A DNA stretch of 64,000 bases from Phoronis australis (lineage: Eukaryota; Animalia; Phoronida). The stretch is taken from NCBI GenBank assembly GCA_002633005.1, contig NMRA01000109.1, positions 532,624-596,623 of the forward strand, read 5' to 3'. Shown here in pieces: positions 1 to 12,971 of this stretch (its first letter is position 1; each line of letters starts with the position of its first letter). A program made the translations under genes and the position numbers. The notes beneath the pieces were generated by a model. That model saw only the letters and a list, made by a program, of their open reading frames with translations, was not told the DNA's origin and did not search any database.

Positions 1-272
1 CAATCTACAAATATCGTATTCAAACCACTGACTTTCGTCACGAGCCGCCAGATAACGGAAACGCCACAAATTGGTTTGCTTGTACAGTAAGTGACACATG
101 CAGGAGTACTACAACCAGTTTTGCGTTATTTCATTTTCGTGCATTGAAAACACAAAAGTAGAAGACCACTTCCATTCGTCTGCGGCTCAAAATGGCAGAC
201 AAACAGGTTCTACAAGAGAAGAATAACTCAAAGCCATGCGGCGGAGCATAGATACACACAGATGAACTTGCT

Positions 273-457
273 GTACACTGAAACGCCGTAAAAATGTGAC
301 AATTTCGTAAAATGTAACAACTGTTACATTTTACACCACTGTTACATTTTACGTTGCTATGCCTCTCCTAAAATGAAACGAATTGTTACATTTTATGTAA
401 CTGTTACAATTTACGTCGATTGCACATGCGAGAAATGTAGCATTGTAACATTTTACG
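273..457. repeat. Cluster of TGTTACATTTTAC motifs in both orientations (probable DNA-transposon subterminal repeats)
   Basis: About 7 copies of (T)GTTACATTTTA(C) or its reverse complement, including the near-palindrome gtaaaatgtaaca-ac-tgttacattttac at 306-333. No partner end found. Confidence 0.5.
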
Positions 458-1544
458 AAAGCGACGTCATATTTCATGAGTTAACATGGTATTTGTCACA
501 CGGAAGAAAACGGTTCATACACTTAACGACTGTGCCAGCTCAAATTGATAGATGTGTCCCTATGTGCTTTCCATTGTTTTAACATGAGTAGCCTCTTGGT
601 ATAGTAAAAATGTACCCTGTACAGTTTCAACTCCAGACGAAAGGAGTTTCCAGGATCAGGTAATACGTTTTTTATTGTTAAAACGTTCTTGCAATCTTTT
701 CTTGGCGCTCACAGGTCATAAACAAATTGTGTATCCGGCATTACAGTAAACATACTTCCCTTGGTAAGCAAAATACAAACAGTGACATCCTATTTTGACT
801 AACATTCATCGCATTTCTTCGGGAACAAACAACCATAATATTTTTACGGAGAAATCAATTGCGAAAGCCAGTTTGATACTTTCATTTATTTCAGCTGCCT
901 TGGAGTCATGGCTAATGCAGTAATTGCACTGTTCCACACAAAAGGAGCGAGATCGAAGTTTCTGATGGTGACGGGTTCTGTCTACCCCCTTAGTTGCGAA
1001 CTTCTTAAAGGCATTGTGGTGGAAGGAAATGAAAGCACGCATTTTTACCACTTCAACAACAAAAGGTCGCCTTAAACAGTGGTGGCATAGTCCCGTGTTT
1101 AAGCATCTTAAAAGCTGAAAGAAATATCATTGTTCCTATGTAGTCAAACCTGTCTGAAATATTGGTGGTAGCAACCTATCAAAACGTGACGTGTATATGT
1201 AAAATGGGAGGCGTAGCTAGGAAATAGAAAATAGTTTGGCACTCTGAAAGGACATCATCATTTAAGTTAAAATGTCAATTAAAATTGCTATTTTGTCAAT
1301 GTTCGTTAGTTCGAAGTACACATAAGTAAATACAGATATTGGATATTCTACGCTTAATGGACGTGAAGCCACCTGTCTCGTGAGGCGCCGTTTTTGGGGC
1401 TGTAGCTCTGTTATCAACAACACGCGTGGTTGTAGGCAGATAAGAGAATTTTGTATATCTTTCGTGATTTCTTGAAATATATACATGTGGCCATAGGCCC
1501 AAAGTATAACGTGTACAAGACAGAACATTGTCAGGTGCGTAACA

Positions 1545-2090
1545 AAGCGAATGATAAATTGTGACGCTTAAGAGCATGATGGACGAATTTTAGAAGTAGG
1601 ATATCCGGAGTTCTCATGAGCGATTCAAATTTAGATTTCGTGGGAGAATGACAAAAATGATCACTTAAGTACTTAACCCAAAGGTCTTGGTAAGCACTGG
1701 AAACTAACACAAGGTGGTATTCGTCTTCTACACATCCCCAATAACATAAGTCACAAAACCTATTTTCATACGGAATATTTGTGTGGCGACCTCTTTCCAC
1801 TAGTAACGAATGATTTGAACATCGCAATCGAATGCCATTCGACATCAGATTGCCAGCCTTGCAAATAACAGTCGTTGACACGTTGAGAAAAAACGGTCAA
1901 GAAATAGGATTGGTTTACCACACCCTGATTAATCCATACATCTGAAATACAGACAGAAGTTTCTTTACAAAACTTGCCCAATTATAGGAAGATCTTTCGA
2001 TCAGGTCTGACTGAAAAAGCATATCATATGCAGCCTTTACCCCACGATTACCAGGTATCTCCAGTATTTTGAACCAGTATTATATTAACC
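1545..2090 (-). pseudogene. 3' remnant of a non-LTR retrotransposon (LINE) ORF2, C-terminal Cys/His region
   Basis: Minus-strand translation LRCSNHSLLVERGRHTNIPYENRFCDLC..VEDEYHLVLV matches the RxSxHxLxIExGR...C..C...EDExH motif after the RT domain of invertebrate LINEs. Upstream YWFKILE, NWASFVK and WINQGV fragments occur in shifted frames. Confidence 0.8.
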
Positions 2091-2859
2091 CTTTTGCTAC
2101 ATCGCATAAAAAGCGCATATTGAACATTGCTGACTTCGACTTTGGCCGTTTTTGCTGCATACAATCCACTTTCAATGAAACCTAGTTCCAATCACTCACT
2201 TAAATCAATGTGTTCTTTTAAGAATAGAGGGGCCTTTCCCACATAAAATTGTTGCGTGTTTTGTATATCCGTTACCATCTTTTCTAATGACCAAGTGACC
2301 GCAGCCACAGCCGACTAGTGGACAGTTCTCGAAAAATGTCTGTCTCTAGAGTTCAACTTAACGCAATTCTTGTACTTACACATCATCATGGAACCAGCCC
2401 TAGTTCTTTGAAAATGAAAGTCTCCAGCAAGAGACAAAAATTATAACACGGTGGGTATCCTCACCTTTAGATGTAAGACGCAAGTAAAAGATTACAATCT
2501 GAATTCAGGTTTTCGTGGCAAACTACAGAAGGGTATAGTTATATTTGCAAACAATTAAATATGCTTGCCGATAGTTCAGAAATTTTTGAAGTTGGCGCAC
2601 GTCTAAACAAGATATTAAATCTCAACCTCCTCGTTTCCAAAAAAGGCCTACTCTGCATCCACAGCTGTCAAGACATTTCTCACAATGTCGTTAAGACTGA
2701 TCATAGGAACCCCTTTAAAATCCCTGTCTGTCTATTATGGGAACCCCGGTGAAAACATCGAATCATAAATGAGATGATTTTAAAATCTTTGAGGACCGTG
2801 ATGTGTTAGCACTTAGATAAACATGTATTGTGTATATTGCACTGTGTCCTCGTAAATTC

Positions 2860-2965
2860 AATAATAATGATAATGGTTATGATAATGATTATGAATAAGA
2901 TAATAATAATGATAATCATAATAACGACAAGAAGTAATAATAGTGAATGTAGTAATTGTAGTAAC
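2860..2965. repeat. Degenerate (ATA/ATG)n low-complexity microsatellite
   Basis: Visible ataatgataatg/agtaat triplet run. Confidence 0.8.
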
Positions 2966-3829
2966 AGTAAATTAAATGTAATAGAAAGGATAATGGGTAG
3001 CCAAAGTCATGCGTTGTCAGCCCGAAGGGCATTCCTATAGAAGAGGTATGCGAAAAGTCCCGCCCAAAAGGGTGTTTTTCACAGCAAAAAAATACTCTCC
3101 AAAACTGTGCCATTTCCTACAAAATAATATCTAAAAGGGTGCCTTTTCTGACTCTTGTCTATTCACTGAGGTGGAAGAAAGACTGAATGGTCAAATTTGA
3201 GGATGTGTAACACAAAACACTGCTGTAAGAGATACAAAAACATTTTTAGCTAAAAACCTTCATTACTGTGCCAGCATTGAGTGGGTTCTGTAGTTAAATG
3301 TGGGAACCTGTTCCTTGCAAACACTGCTTAATTCACTTTAAGGTATTAGTTGTGACGGTACGTTTAGTTGCTAGTTTTGAAAGTTGTTTTCCCCCCTTGG
3401 ATATTTACTAATAACTCCACTGTTCTGTGCTTGTGCGAAAATGAAACATTGTTTTTGGTGTTGCCTTCATAAGCCAGGCAGTGTGATAATAGTAATACAT
3501 TGCATGTGGACCCCTGTGACAACAGGTCGTCTTCACTTACTATTTACAGTTTAAGTTAGTTGTGAAAGCATAAAATAGTGTTGCAGTTTTTAAACATCAC
3601 TTCCCCTGTAAGTAAAAACGATGCAAAAGTTCCCCACTTAGTAGAAAACGTCGCTAAAATTCCTCTTTTAGAAGGTGCAGGCATCTTTCTCCTCAAGTGA
3701 GTGAGGGCCCTTCATCATTACCTTTATAACCATTTCCGCCATCTACTTGCCATTGTCATCATTGATGCCATATTTACCGACAAAATTTGGCTAGGCTTCA
3801 CCACCTCCATTAACACTTCAGCCACCATT

Positions 3830-4165
3830 TCATCACAACTAACATCACCACCCCTGCCACCACTATAACATCAAGAATTAACATCGCCATATTCAGCTCC
3901 ACCATCACTGGCACTACCTTCACCACCACGGGCAATATCACATCTCCATTGTTATACCACCACCATAACCACCACAATAGACGTCCTCATCACCACTACC
4001 GCCATCTCTACCATCATCACTAACACCACACACGCTGCTAAGTCCACAACCAGCACAGGCTATCGCTAAGACAGCCTCTCCACAACAAACAACATTGTCA
4101 TTAAGATTGCCATCACCTACATCGCAACTACCACCATCACCAAACCACCATCATTATCATCACTA
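3830..4165. repeat. Degenerate (CAC/CAT)n low-complexity tract
   Basis: Repeated caccac/catcac/accacc triplets, with no long ORF in the track. Confidence 0.7.
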
Positions 4166-4724
4166 GCCTACTCCCGACACGACAAGACCGCAGGTGACTT
4201 TAGACGCATTGGTTGCATTTGTGAGAGCCTCTGCCTGGAAACGCAGCTGTGTTAATGGAACCTGTCCAACCCAGCCCACTCTACTGCTATCTCATGTACA
4301 GTGCATGACCCAACCTGTGGCAAGTACTGCAGAAAATGTATCAACGACAAAAAATCTGCTTGATTTACGTCTTGTGAATCCCGCAGATGGTTGTAACGAT
4401 GCTGAAGCATCATCAGCATTCTATTACACAATAAAATAACTATTGATCATTCGTGCCGGGAAACAGAGGTGTCGCATGTAATAGGCATCGTCACACGAAG
4501 CACGAGTGTCAAAAATAGAGAATTCTACACGTGTCTCAGGTTTATGACATGGGCAAAACCTCTTGGAAATTTTATCAAGCTCCCCAGGCTTGTTATAAAT
4601 AACATCAGGAAGAGATAACCAGGAAGGGACAACTGTTTTAGCGCATTTTAACGTGTTTTCAAAACTGATTTCAAAAGTAAATGTTAAAGTCGTTTGAAAT
4701 CCAAGCATTGTGTTTGAAAGCGTA

Positions 4725-5108
4725 AACGGCTTATTATTTAAAATGACTTATTCTTATTAAAATGACATAGGCAGAAAATTGAATTTTGGGCCTAAAAAGC
4801 GAGGCTCCTATATTAATATAGGAGGCCCCGCCAAAAGGCGGCCGAAGAGCGGGGCCTCCTATATTAATATAGAAGGGCCCGCTGAAAGGCGGCCGAAGAG
4901 CGGGGCCACCTATATTAATATAGAGGCCCCGCTCTTCGGCCGCCTTTCCGCGGGGCTTCCTATATTAATAAAGAAGGCCCCGCTCTTCGGCCGGTTTTCG
5001 GCGGGGCCCTCTATATTAATATAAGGGGCCTCGCTTTTTAGGCCCAAAGTTCAATTTTCTGCCTATGTCATTTTAATAAGAATAAGTCATTTTAAAAAAT
5101 AAGCTGTT
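4725..5108. mobile_element. 384-bp foldback/MITE: whole-length palindrome with five internal CTATATTAATATAG cores and a 4-bp TSD (CGTA)
   Basis: The left arm aacggcttattatttaaaatgacttattcttattaaaatgacataggcagaaaattgaa is reverse-complementary to the right arm ending at 5108. Cores are at 4808, 4859, 4910, 4960 and 5011. CGTA occurs at 4721-4724 and 5109-5112. Confidence 0.9.
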
Positions 5109-5913
5109 CGTAACTCTTTAGGTATAAAATGACACCACTTTGGTCCTCAAAGACTGCATATTAATGGCACTAGGATGCTTTGAACATGACTTATTTTACC
5201 CTTCCAAAAGATGCCTCTTCCCAGGCATGTACTCGGGCATGATCCTCTTTTTTGAACCAACAGATGTCACTAATATATGCAAATGAGGCTCGCATCTCCT
5301 ACGTCATCTGACGTCATACAACGTCATACGACGCGAACTTCGAATTTGAACCCTCAGGTGCCTATAGTGAATGATTTGAAACGCAGTTTTACCTGATTGG
5401 GCAGATCTAAGAAAATTAAGAACTCGCACAATTCAATGTTCAAAGAACATTGAATGGTTTCACATGAAAATACATTTAATTGTATTTGGATACGCTTGCA
5501 TGTGTGTAGGCGTGGATTTCGTCATTTAGCTTAAATCCAGATTTAGAAGCAGGTGTTAGTCAAGAAATTAGCTGCTCCCGCCACGCTCAGGGCGGCCGGT
5601 GTCGTGGCGTCCGAGTCGCCGGGAAGTCTGATCTATGCATGCGCAATTCGACGAACTAATGCTAATCTCTGGTCAGCTACGCTATGATTCATTTGAGACG
5701 TGCGGCTTAACTCGAACCTATACCCGTGTTCTGGCTCCAGAGTCGTTTTTTTTTTACCCAGTTTCGGGAAAAGTTCATTTTAATACGGTCATTTCCTGAA
5801 GATTTTTTGAAAGATATGATCCCGAAATCCTTGGCCTATAGAGCTGTATCAAAATTCCTAGTTGAAACGCGGCCACTGGTCCAGCTTCTGCCGGGCGGCT
5901 GGGGAAAATGCTA

Positions 5914-7344
5914 TAGACTCTATTCACGCGGCGGACATTAAAAACCAAAGCGAGGCTCACTGCGATAAACAAAGCGAAAGTAGACATTGCGTGTGTAAAT
6001 AGCCGGTCTTTCGAGTCCAACCTGGATATTGAATTTTAATAATGTGTCAACAATTAAACCACACAGACGTAGAAAATTACATTAGATAACATGTTAAGGA
6101 GTCAAAGAGTTGTCTGACGAAAGGGTTTATTTTTTTTCGGAAAACTAGGTTCGAAACATGAAAAGTAAATATGACCAAATTGCGGCGATCGTAGTGTTAC
6201 GGATTAGGTATTATGCTGAATGCAGGGTTACTTTTTTTCTTGTAAATTGTTGATCAAAATACTTTCTACGCGGACCAGGTCATCTGCTCGTATTGTTGAC
6301 GAGTTGAAGACATATTCGACAGTGGTGGCTGTCATGTGCAATTAGTCACATCTGGTTTAATTTGTTGATCAAGAATATAAAAATCAAGCATAGCCTGATC
6401 CTATGCACTCCCTGGGACTAACAGTTGATTTGTCATTGATCTGAAAGAATAATTGATGTTATTAANNNNNNNNNNNNNNNNNNNNNNNNNNNNNNNNNNN
6501 NNNNNNNNNNNNNNNNNNNNNNNNNNNNNNNNNNNNNNNNNNNNNNNNNNNNNNNNNNNNNNNNNNNNNNNNNNNNNNNNNNNNNNNNNNNNNNNNNNNN
6601 NNNNNNNNNNNNNNNNNNNNNNNNNNNNNNNNNNNNNNNNNNNNNNNNNNNNNNNNNNNNNNNNNNNNNNNNNNNNNNNNNNNNNNNNNNNNNNNNNNNN
6701 NNNNNNNNNNNNNNNNNNNNNNNNNNNNNNNNNNNNNNNNNNNNNNNNNNNNNNNNNNNNNNNNNNNNNNNNNNNNNNNNNNNNNNNNNNNNNNNNNNNN
6801 NNNNNNNNNNNNNNNNNNNNNNNNNNNNNNNNNNNNNNNNNNNNNNNNNNNNNNNNNNNNNNNNNNNNNNNNNNNNNNNNNNNNNNNNNNNNNNNNNNNN
6901 NNNNNNNNNNNNNNNNNNNNNNNNNNNNNNNNNNNNNNNNNNNNNNNNNNNNNNNNNNNNNNNNNNNNNNNNNNNNNNNNNNNNNNNNNNNNNNNNNNNN
7001 NNNNNNNNNNNNNNNNNNNNNNNCATGAAAATACAACCTGGCTGGCCCATTCTCTGGTCGTTACTATGATGCTTGACAACTGACCGAGATGCGACAAAAT
7101 ATGATCTAACTTTTCGAAAACATTTATTTTACACGGACATATTTTGCTTCGTCGGCGTATGGCAACGACCCAACGCTTCCGAATCTAAACGTCTTTAGAG
7201 ATTGTGATGCGTGTACGTATTTTTTTCTAGCCGTTCGGGGAACAACACGGACTGAAACACAGACTCCTATGCGGATAAGCTAACAGAGCTATCGTAGCGA
7301 GCCTCGTTTTGGAACGCGCCTCCTGTCGGCGTGAATAGGGTCTA
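5914..7344. mobile_element. Non-autonomous TIR DNA transposon spanning the assembly gap (family uncertain)
   Basis: The left end tagactctattcacgcggcgg..ccaaagcgaggctcactgcgata resembles the reverse complement of the right end, tagaccctattcacgccgacagg..ccaaaacgaggctcgctacgata. No clear TSD. Confidence 0.6.
6466..7023. other. Assembly gap (N run)
   Basis: Run of n. Confidence 1.
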
Positions 7345-8299
7345 CGGAACGCGTGTCCCAAAAATGCACACACTTCAACCCCTGCAGTTCAAGTTCTTTT
7401 CCCGACAAACAGTGTGCGCGGATTCCACACGGGCAGCCTACTGCATGACTACACCTTATTTTTAAAGTGGGTGCGTCACTGATCGAGTCACGACGTGTCC
7501 AGCATTCTGCACGGGAATGTCAAGCAAACGATTCGGTTTAGAAGAACCTAAATTCATTGCACAATACTACTGGGAACTACAAGCATCAAGGAAACGCAAA
7601 GACAATCTTTCCAAATTGATGAGCAATGACTTGAACTTCTTTTTCGATCTACGGTTTGTAAATTTTTGAATTTCTTTAGTCTAGTTTTTAATTCAATACA
7701 TTCATGAATATCACTGTTATCGTTTAGTGTCCTTCTTTGCGATATGGTGGTCTGATGATGGATCGAATTTTTGCAAGACAGCCTTCAACCTTCAACTAAG
7801 TTCACTGACGCATCGCCATTTCTTACAGGATAGTCTTCTGTGGTGTGCACGAATGTTTTGTGTTTTTGATGAATTTGGAATCTCAACTTCCCCTCGTGAG
7901 TAGTTGGCAGTGTCATGTCGGAGATGTGTAGAGGGCGCAGCACTGAAAAAAGTGGGGGCTAAAGCCCCCTCAGCCCCCCTGTAGTGCACCACCTATGGAC
8001 CACTGAAAAACTTGGACTGAATTAATACGCTCCGCAAAACTTATGCTTTACACATTTTCTCGAATTTTCGAAATACATGTATGAATGATTAAGTGCACAT
8101 TTTCAAGGGCGCTTAGACGACCTACTAGTGCTGCAAAAACGGAGACCCTAACAACAATTGTCCTGGCTAGGGCCCTCAAATGGTAAACCATACACTGGTA
8201 CCGAGTTGTCAAAGTTCTCTTGAGTTTTCTCTATGATCAGTATTCGAAGTCTTTCTTTTTTGTCTTTCCCCGCCCCACACCTTTGTCGGATGCCATGGT

Positions 8300-9552
8300 T
8301 TAACAGCTTTTTGTAATTTGATTAATTTCTCGTCCTCTACTCCGGAAGTGACGTTTTGGGAGGCAAGAGTTTTGCGCCAATTTCTCTTCATTATAGTCTG
8401 ACTGTGATAGCTGTCGAGTCAGTCATTGTTCTACCTCGTTTGTGATAAGTTCGGTCGTCGTTTGCTTTTGTTTACAAGTCAGTCAACATGCCACGCTGTT
8501 GCTGCGTGCCGGGATGTACTCCTTATCGTCTCACACGCGCTTTGGGTACCTTGCGTCGCTTTCCGAAGGATGACACACTTCGCCGTTCTTGGCTAGCTCG
8601 TTCATGCGAAGAACGCAGCGCTACCCGTCCACGCAACGTACAAAGCAATGGAGGGTTACCGAGTGTGTGGCAAGCATTTTCTGCCGTCAGATTATGACAG
8701 ATATGTACGCTGAATTGATGAAGGTCCCTGCGAAACAACGCCTGAACAAGGGTACCATACCGTCGCTTTTGATTCTCGGCAGTGCCCGTCGCCAACTCCG
8801 AGAAGTGCGTTTTTGAAGCGAGAAGCCTCGCGAGCTGTGGCCACTATATACAGTGACTGGAGGCACTTCATCTACTGTTACCCGTGCCTCCGAACGTACC
8901 CCCATTGCGTGCAATTCCGGGAACAAGCAGTGATTCGCCCTGTGCTGTTGTCTTTAGCCCACAGCCTGTAAGCAGCCCTGCAGCGATGTTGCGTAGTGGG
9001 AGTGAATACAGGCCCAGTTCGACACCCAGTGAAGAGGACAGTTCGTCATCCAATGAACAGATTGGTGAGCCTAAGTTTGATAAGTTTATTGTGGACTTGT
9101 ATTGGAGCTATTTGGAATGTGCCAGGTGTGTGGCGCGGGAGTCACACGGCGGGATGTAAGCAGTTTGGGTGCTCAGATCACCCTCCAGTGGGAGTGTGTC
9201 GCGGGACATTCGGGCAAGTGGGACAGTTCTTCCTCTGTACGTGAGACGATAATGAGTACACCCCAGTACGCAGCAACAGCGTGGCATGTTAACTGACTCG
9301 TAAGCAAAAGCAAACGACGACCGAACTTATCACAACCGAGGTAGAACAATGACTGACTCGAGAGCTCTCACAGTCAGACTATATGAAAAGAAATTGGCGC
9401 AGAATTCTTGCCTCCCAAAACTTCACTTCCGGAGTAGACTACGAATATTTAATAAAATTATGAAAAGCAGTAAATAAGTGAAAAATATGTCTGGGATAAT
9501 CAACGAACCTTATTTTTGTTAAAAATGACATGAAAAAAGGTTGCCTTGGCCT
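8300..9552. mobile_element. Kolobok-family derivative made of two inverted left-end halves
   Basis: 8300-8532 is an inverted copy of about 9240-9470. The right terminus ggttgccttggcct-ttag matches the terminus of the 18084-19927 element (ggttgccttcgcct-ttaa). Confidence 0.8.
8488..9241 (+). pseudogene. Frameshifted THAP-domain Kolobok transposase, N-terminal part
   Basis: MPRCCCVPGC..RRFPKDDTLRRSWL, then RLNKGTIPS and KFIVDL..QITLQWECVAGHSGKWDS in shifted frames. Closely similar to 18187-19015. Confidence 0.8.
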
Positions 9553-9601
9553 TTAGCACCATTGCTACTTCAAAAAGAAGATTACCGTGGCTAGCTTGAT
9601 T

Positions 9602-11091
9602 TACCATATTCGCCCTAATAACTGCCCGTGCTCCCCCACACGTTTTCAGACTTGCTAAAATAAGCGCCCAGTCCTTGAATGTGTACATGCGAAAAATGCC
9701 TTACCTACAGTCCTAAAATTCTCCAGTAATGTCTTCAATAATATCCGACAGTCCTGAAAAAATTCATTATGTGCGGAATTTGTTGACCACGAGCCTCGCC
9801 GCTATGTCGGTATTTAGCCGTGACTATACACTTCCAACTTCCGGCCGCCGAGCCCCAAAACGAACACAAAAGTTTTGGTGATCTTGTGAGGAATGTGTCT
9901 CACTATGGTCTTGCCTTTAAGAACAGACGTAGTATACTTGCTAACGGGATTGTATTGTAGATATTTCCTGCTTTCAACAGAAATCCAAATTTCTTTGTAT
10001 ACGTGAAAACCACGAATCGAAGACTAATAAAAAACTTGGTCAGTGTTAAAAGCACGTGGCCAGGAAACGCGCACTACATACATGTACCTATCATCAAAGA
10101 CATTAGCCGGGAACTATCCATTAATGAAACGGGTAGCATAGCATCGGCGAGAAATGAATATTATTACTAATTTCTGACAGGTTCTAATACTTTAAAAATG
10201 TTTGCGTTATTTTAAGGGGGATTGTTTGATTAATCATAATTGGTGTTTTTAAGCCAAATATCCGACAAAATGACCACTGACAGTGAATGCTTACACACCC
10301 TTAAATTGAAAAAATAACTGTCAGGTAGTTACGTACGCATCCAGCCACACGGCAACTAATAAGATGGGCCTCACCGAGACAAATGTTGAACGTTTTTAGC
10401 ACAAGACCGGCAAGTGCTAAATGAAACACGTTCTGCTTTACGCCTACTGCTTGTGCTAATTTCTTTAGATACAAAGCACATGTAGCTCGTTAGATTGTGT
10501 TTATTCTGGCCAAAGACAGTCTCTGCTCTGGCAAATGAACTCTGGTGACATGCACGTGCTCGCTTATTCACAAACGCACACGAAGTTCAAAACAAACGTC
10601 ACATGATAGCAGCATGTGTGTTTGTCCAGAGATTTTTCTTGTGTTGCCGATCATAAATGGCTCGATGTAGCACAGATTTGTACCTGCTGCTAATTACGAC
10701 TCAACAGGAGCTTAAAAATCTTAGGGACACTATTGGAAAACTTCAGGAGGATTTTAGGTAATTTGTCGAGTCGAAACTATTTTTATTCAAGCATTCAAGT
10801 CGCCATATTGACGATTATGTGGCAGTCGGTCGGCGAGTTTTGGCCCTGGGATTTCAGTACAATTTAAAATGATCGTAATTTATCAGCAAAGTTTGATGGC
10901 AATGCACCATGATTTTGTAGAAAGTCTTTCATAGGTTACAGATACGTCACAGAGCGTAAACATGATGAATTTTAACTTCCGATTTCATTGGTTTCGGAGA
11001 ACAAGTTACAACCACCTTGGGTTACAATAATCGCCCCCCCTGAAACAAAATTTTCTAAGTGCCCTGGGTGGTTATTAGAGCGAATACGGTA
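9602..11091. mobile_element. TA-flanked Tc1/mariner-pogo-type non-autonomous element
   Basis: TIRs ta-ccatattcgccctaataactgccc and gggtggttattagagcgaatacgg-ta. Confidence 0.7.
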
Positions 11092-11835
11092 TTTGAGGTT
11101 GATGTTTGCGGCTTGACATAGTAAGCCTTGCATGGGACTGGAAACAGTACCACTTATTGACTCACAATCAGGCTTGACTGTAATTTGATACTTTTTAACT
11201 GATGGGAGTGTTTTATGAATAAAGATNATGTAACAAAAAGGTCCCGTGCGTAACGGATACTAAGTATGGTCCTTCTGAAGTATTGGATAGGTTCTGCTAA
11301 CGCGACCTCGCGAAAAGTCACATAAGAACTCGTGACATGTACCATCGCGTTACAAGTGAGCAGTACCTTTACACAGCACAGCTAGACAGTCTCGCCGCGT
11401 TTCTTGAGTTGGGTTAGTCTCCGTTTGAATGAACGTGGATGTGAAATTTGCCGCCGAAGATGGGTCCTTTTAAGAAGTTGTTTGTATGTCCTTCTGACTG
11501 GGAGTACGCACAGTTTCGACACCCGATTTGTCAATCATAACCCTGTCACCACAGAATTCCGGTATTGCTTTGTTGGCGCAGACGATAAATTTCTACTTTG
11601 CACTACTTTGTGATTTGCCCATGTAATATCAAATAAAATACGTACTCGGTGTTATTAACCAGTCATGTCATAACACATTCCAGGTCATGTGACAAAATGT
11701 TATCATATATCGTCAAATCTTAGATTTATAGATACCAAGTTGAAGCAGCTTTCCACATTACTTGATTTACCCGTCATGGAATAAATTATCGTGAATTTGA
11801 TGTTGTATAAGCTGGAAGAAATAACTATTATCATT

Positions 11836-12971
11836 TTAAAGGCCAAGTATGGTGTCAAAATGACTATTTTTACACTTAAAATACATTTATTGATGAAAAA
11901 CATCAAAATACTGTGTCATAGCATACCCCAGTCGTTAATTAAGTAAGCCTTCGACAATTTACAGTAACCCCATCACGAACCCCATTTAGCGCCAAAAAAC
12001 TTGAGACGGCGCTTTCACTAATCGAAGTCTATGACATCATCGTTATCACGAATTTGGCTTCCACCGTGTCTCCAGAGTATTGGAATCAGAGATGACTGGC
12101 AATTTATTTTAGTGCAAAATAGGTGGAAAATCACGGAAATACATTAATTTTTCATTTCACGTCAGTTAATATTAAAATTAATCAAAATCACTACCTTTAG
12201 AATTCTTATTCAATTATTTAGCACACATTCTAATACAGGGCCGTATGGAAATCCCCGGGACTGTGACTGGGGCCGTCGAAACAGCCGGAAAAACAAAACG
12301 CTTTGTCTGAATTGTTATCAGCAATTTCACAATGTTTATTATAAAGTGCAATTTGTTTGATACAAAAACTTTGATATTAGGAACTTTCCATTCATTAATT
12401 CAAAGAGCGGTGCAGCTTTTAATGATACTATTTCTGAGTCAGATTTTATTTAGTCATTTTACCCACATCGACGCGAAGCTGTAGATTTTGTATACAGCTT
12501 TGCACCAAGCCTAAAACGGATCTTGCCGCCGGGATCGGGAAAGTTTGTCGCCCGGCAGTCCTGGTCGTGGATACGAATCTATTCCACGCACGGCACACGA
12601 CGGGATCAGTGGGGAAGTTGTGCAAATGTATCCCATTGCCGCTGACATTGCTGCACCCGCACACCACGCAAAGAGGCGTTTTAGCCCAGAGATCGACAAG
12701 TACAGAACGTCCAAGAAATGGCACTCAGCTGTTACGCAGTGTGGCTCCCCAGTAATTTCGTGGCCACGATGATGTCATATGAACCACTTTACGCTGATTG
12801 GTTGAGATTTTTTCTGGGGCGCTCCAAGGGGCTACGAATTATGAGCGGTGTAATTTTCGTCACAATTAATTACTTTCCGTGGTATGTAAGATGCAAAAAT
12901 AATATTTTTATGAACAATACATACATTTCTGGTGTCAAAAAGGTGTTTTAGCCGCTGAACGCTGTCTTTAA
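11836..12971 (-). mobile_element. Second Kolobok-like element (TTAA-bounded) with a THAP remnant
   Basis: Ends are ttaa-aggccaag... and ...gctgtct-ttaa, with weakly similar subterminal sequence and an internal THAP fragment. Confidence 0.45.
12446..12724 (-). pseudogene. THAP zinc-finger fragment
   Basis: CVVCGCSNVSGNGIHLHNFPTDPVVCRAWNRFV fits the THAP C-x-V-x-G-C...H-x-FP...W signature. It is truncated before the CxxHF motif. Confidence 0.7.

Noticed and set aside
4800-5030. Regularly spaced palindromic repeats resembling a CRISPR array
   Set aside because: The 'spacers' are copies or reverse complements of one another, the unit is a TSD-flanked foldback element, the context is eukaryotic and no cas genes are present.
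6401-7097. Long ORFs in the track across the gap (also minus-strand ORFs at 21212-21945)
   Set aside because: They are open only because of N runs.
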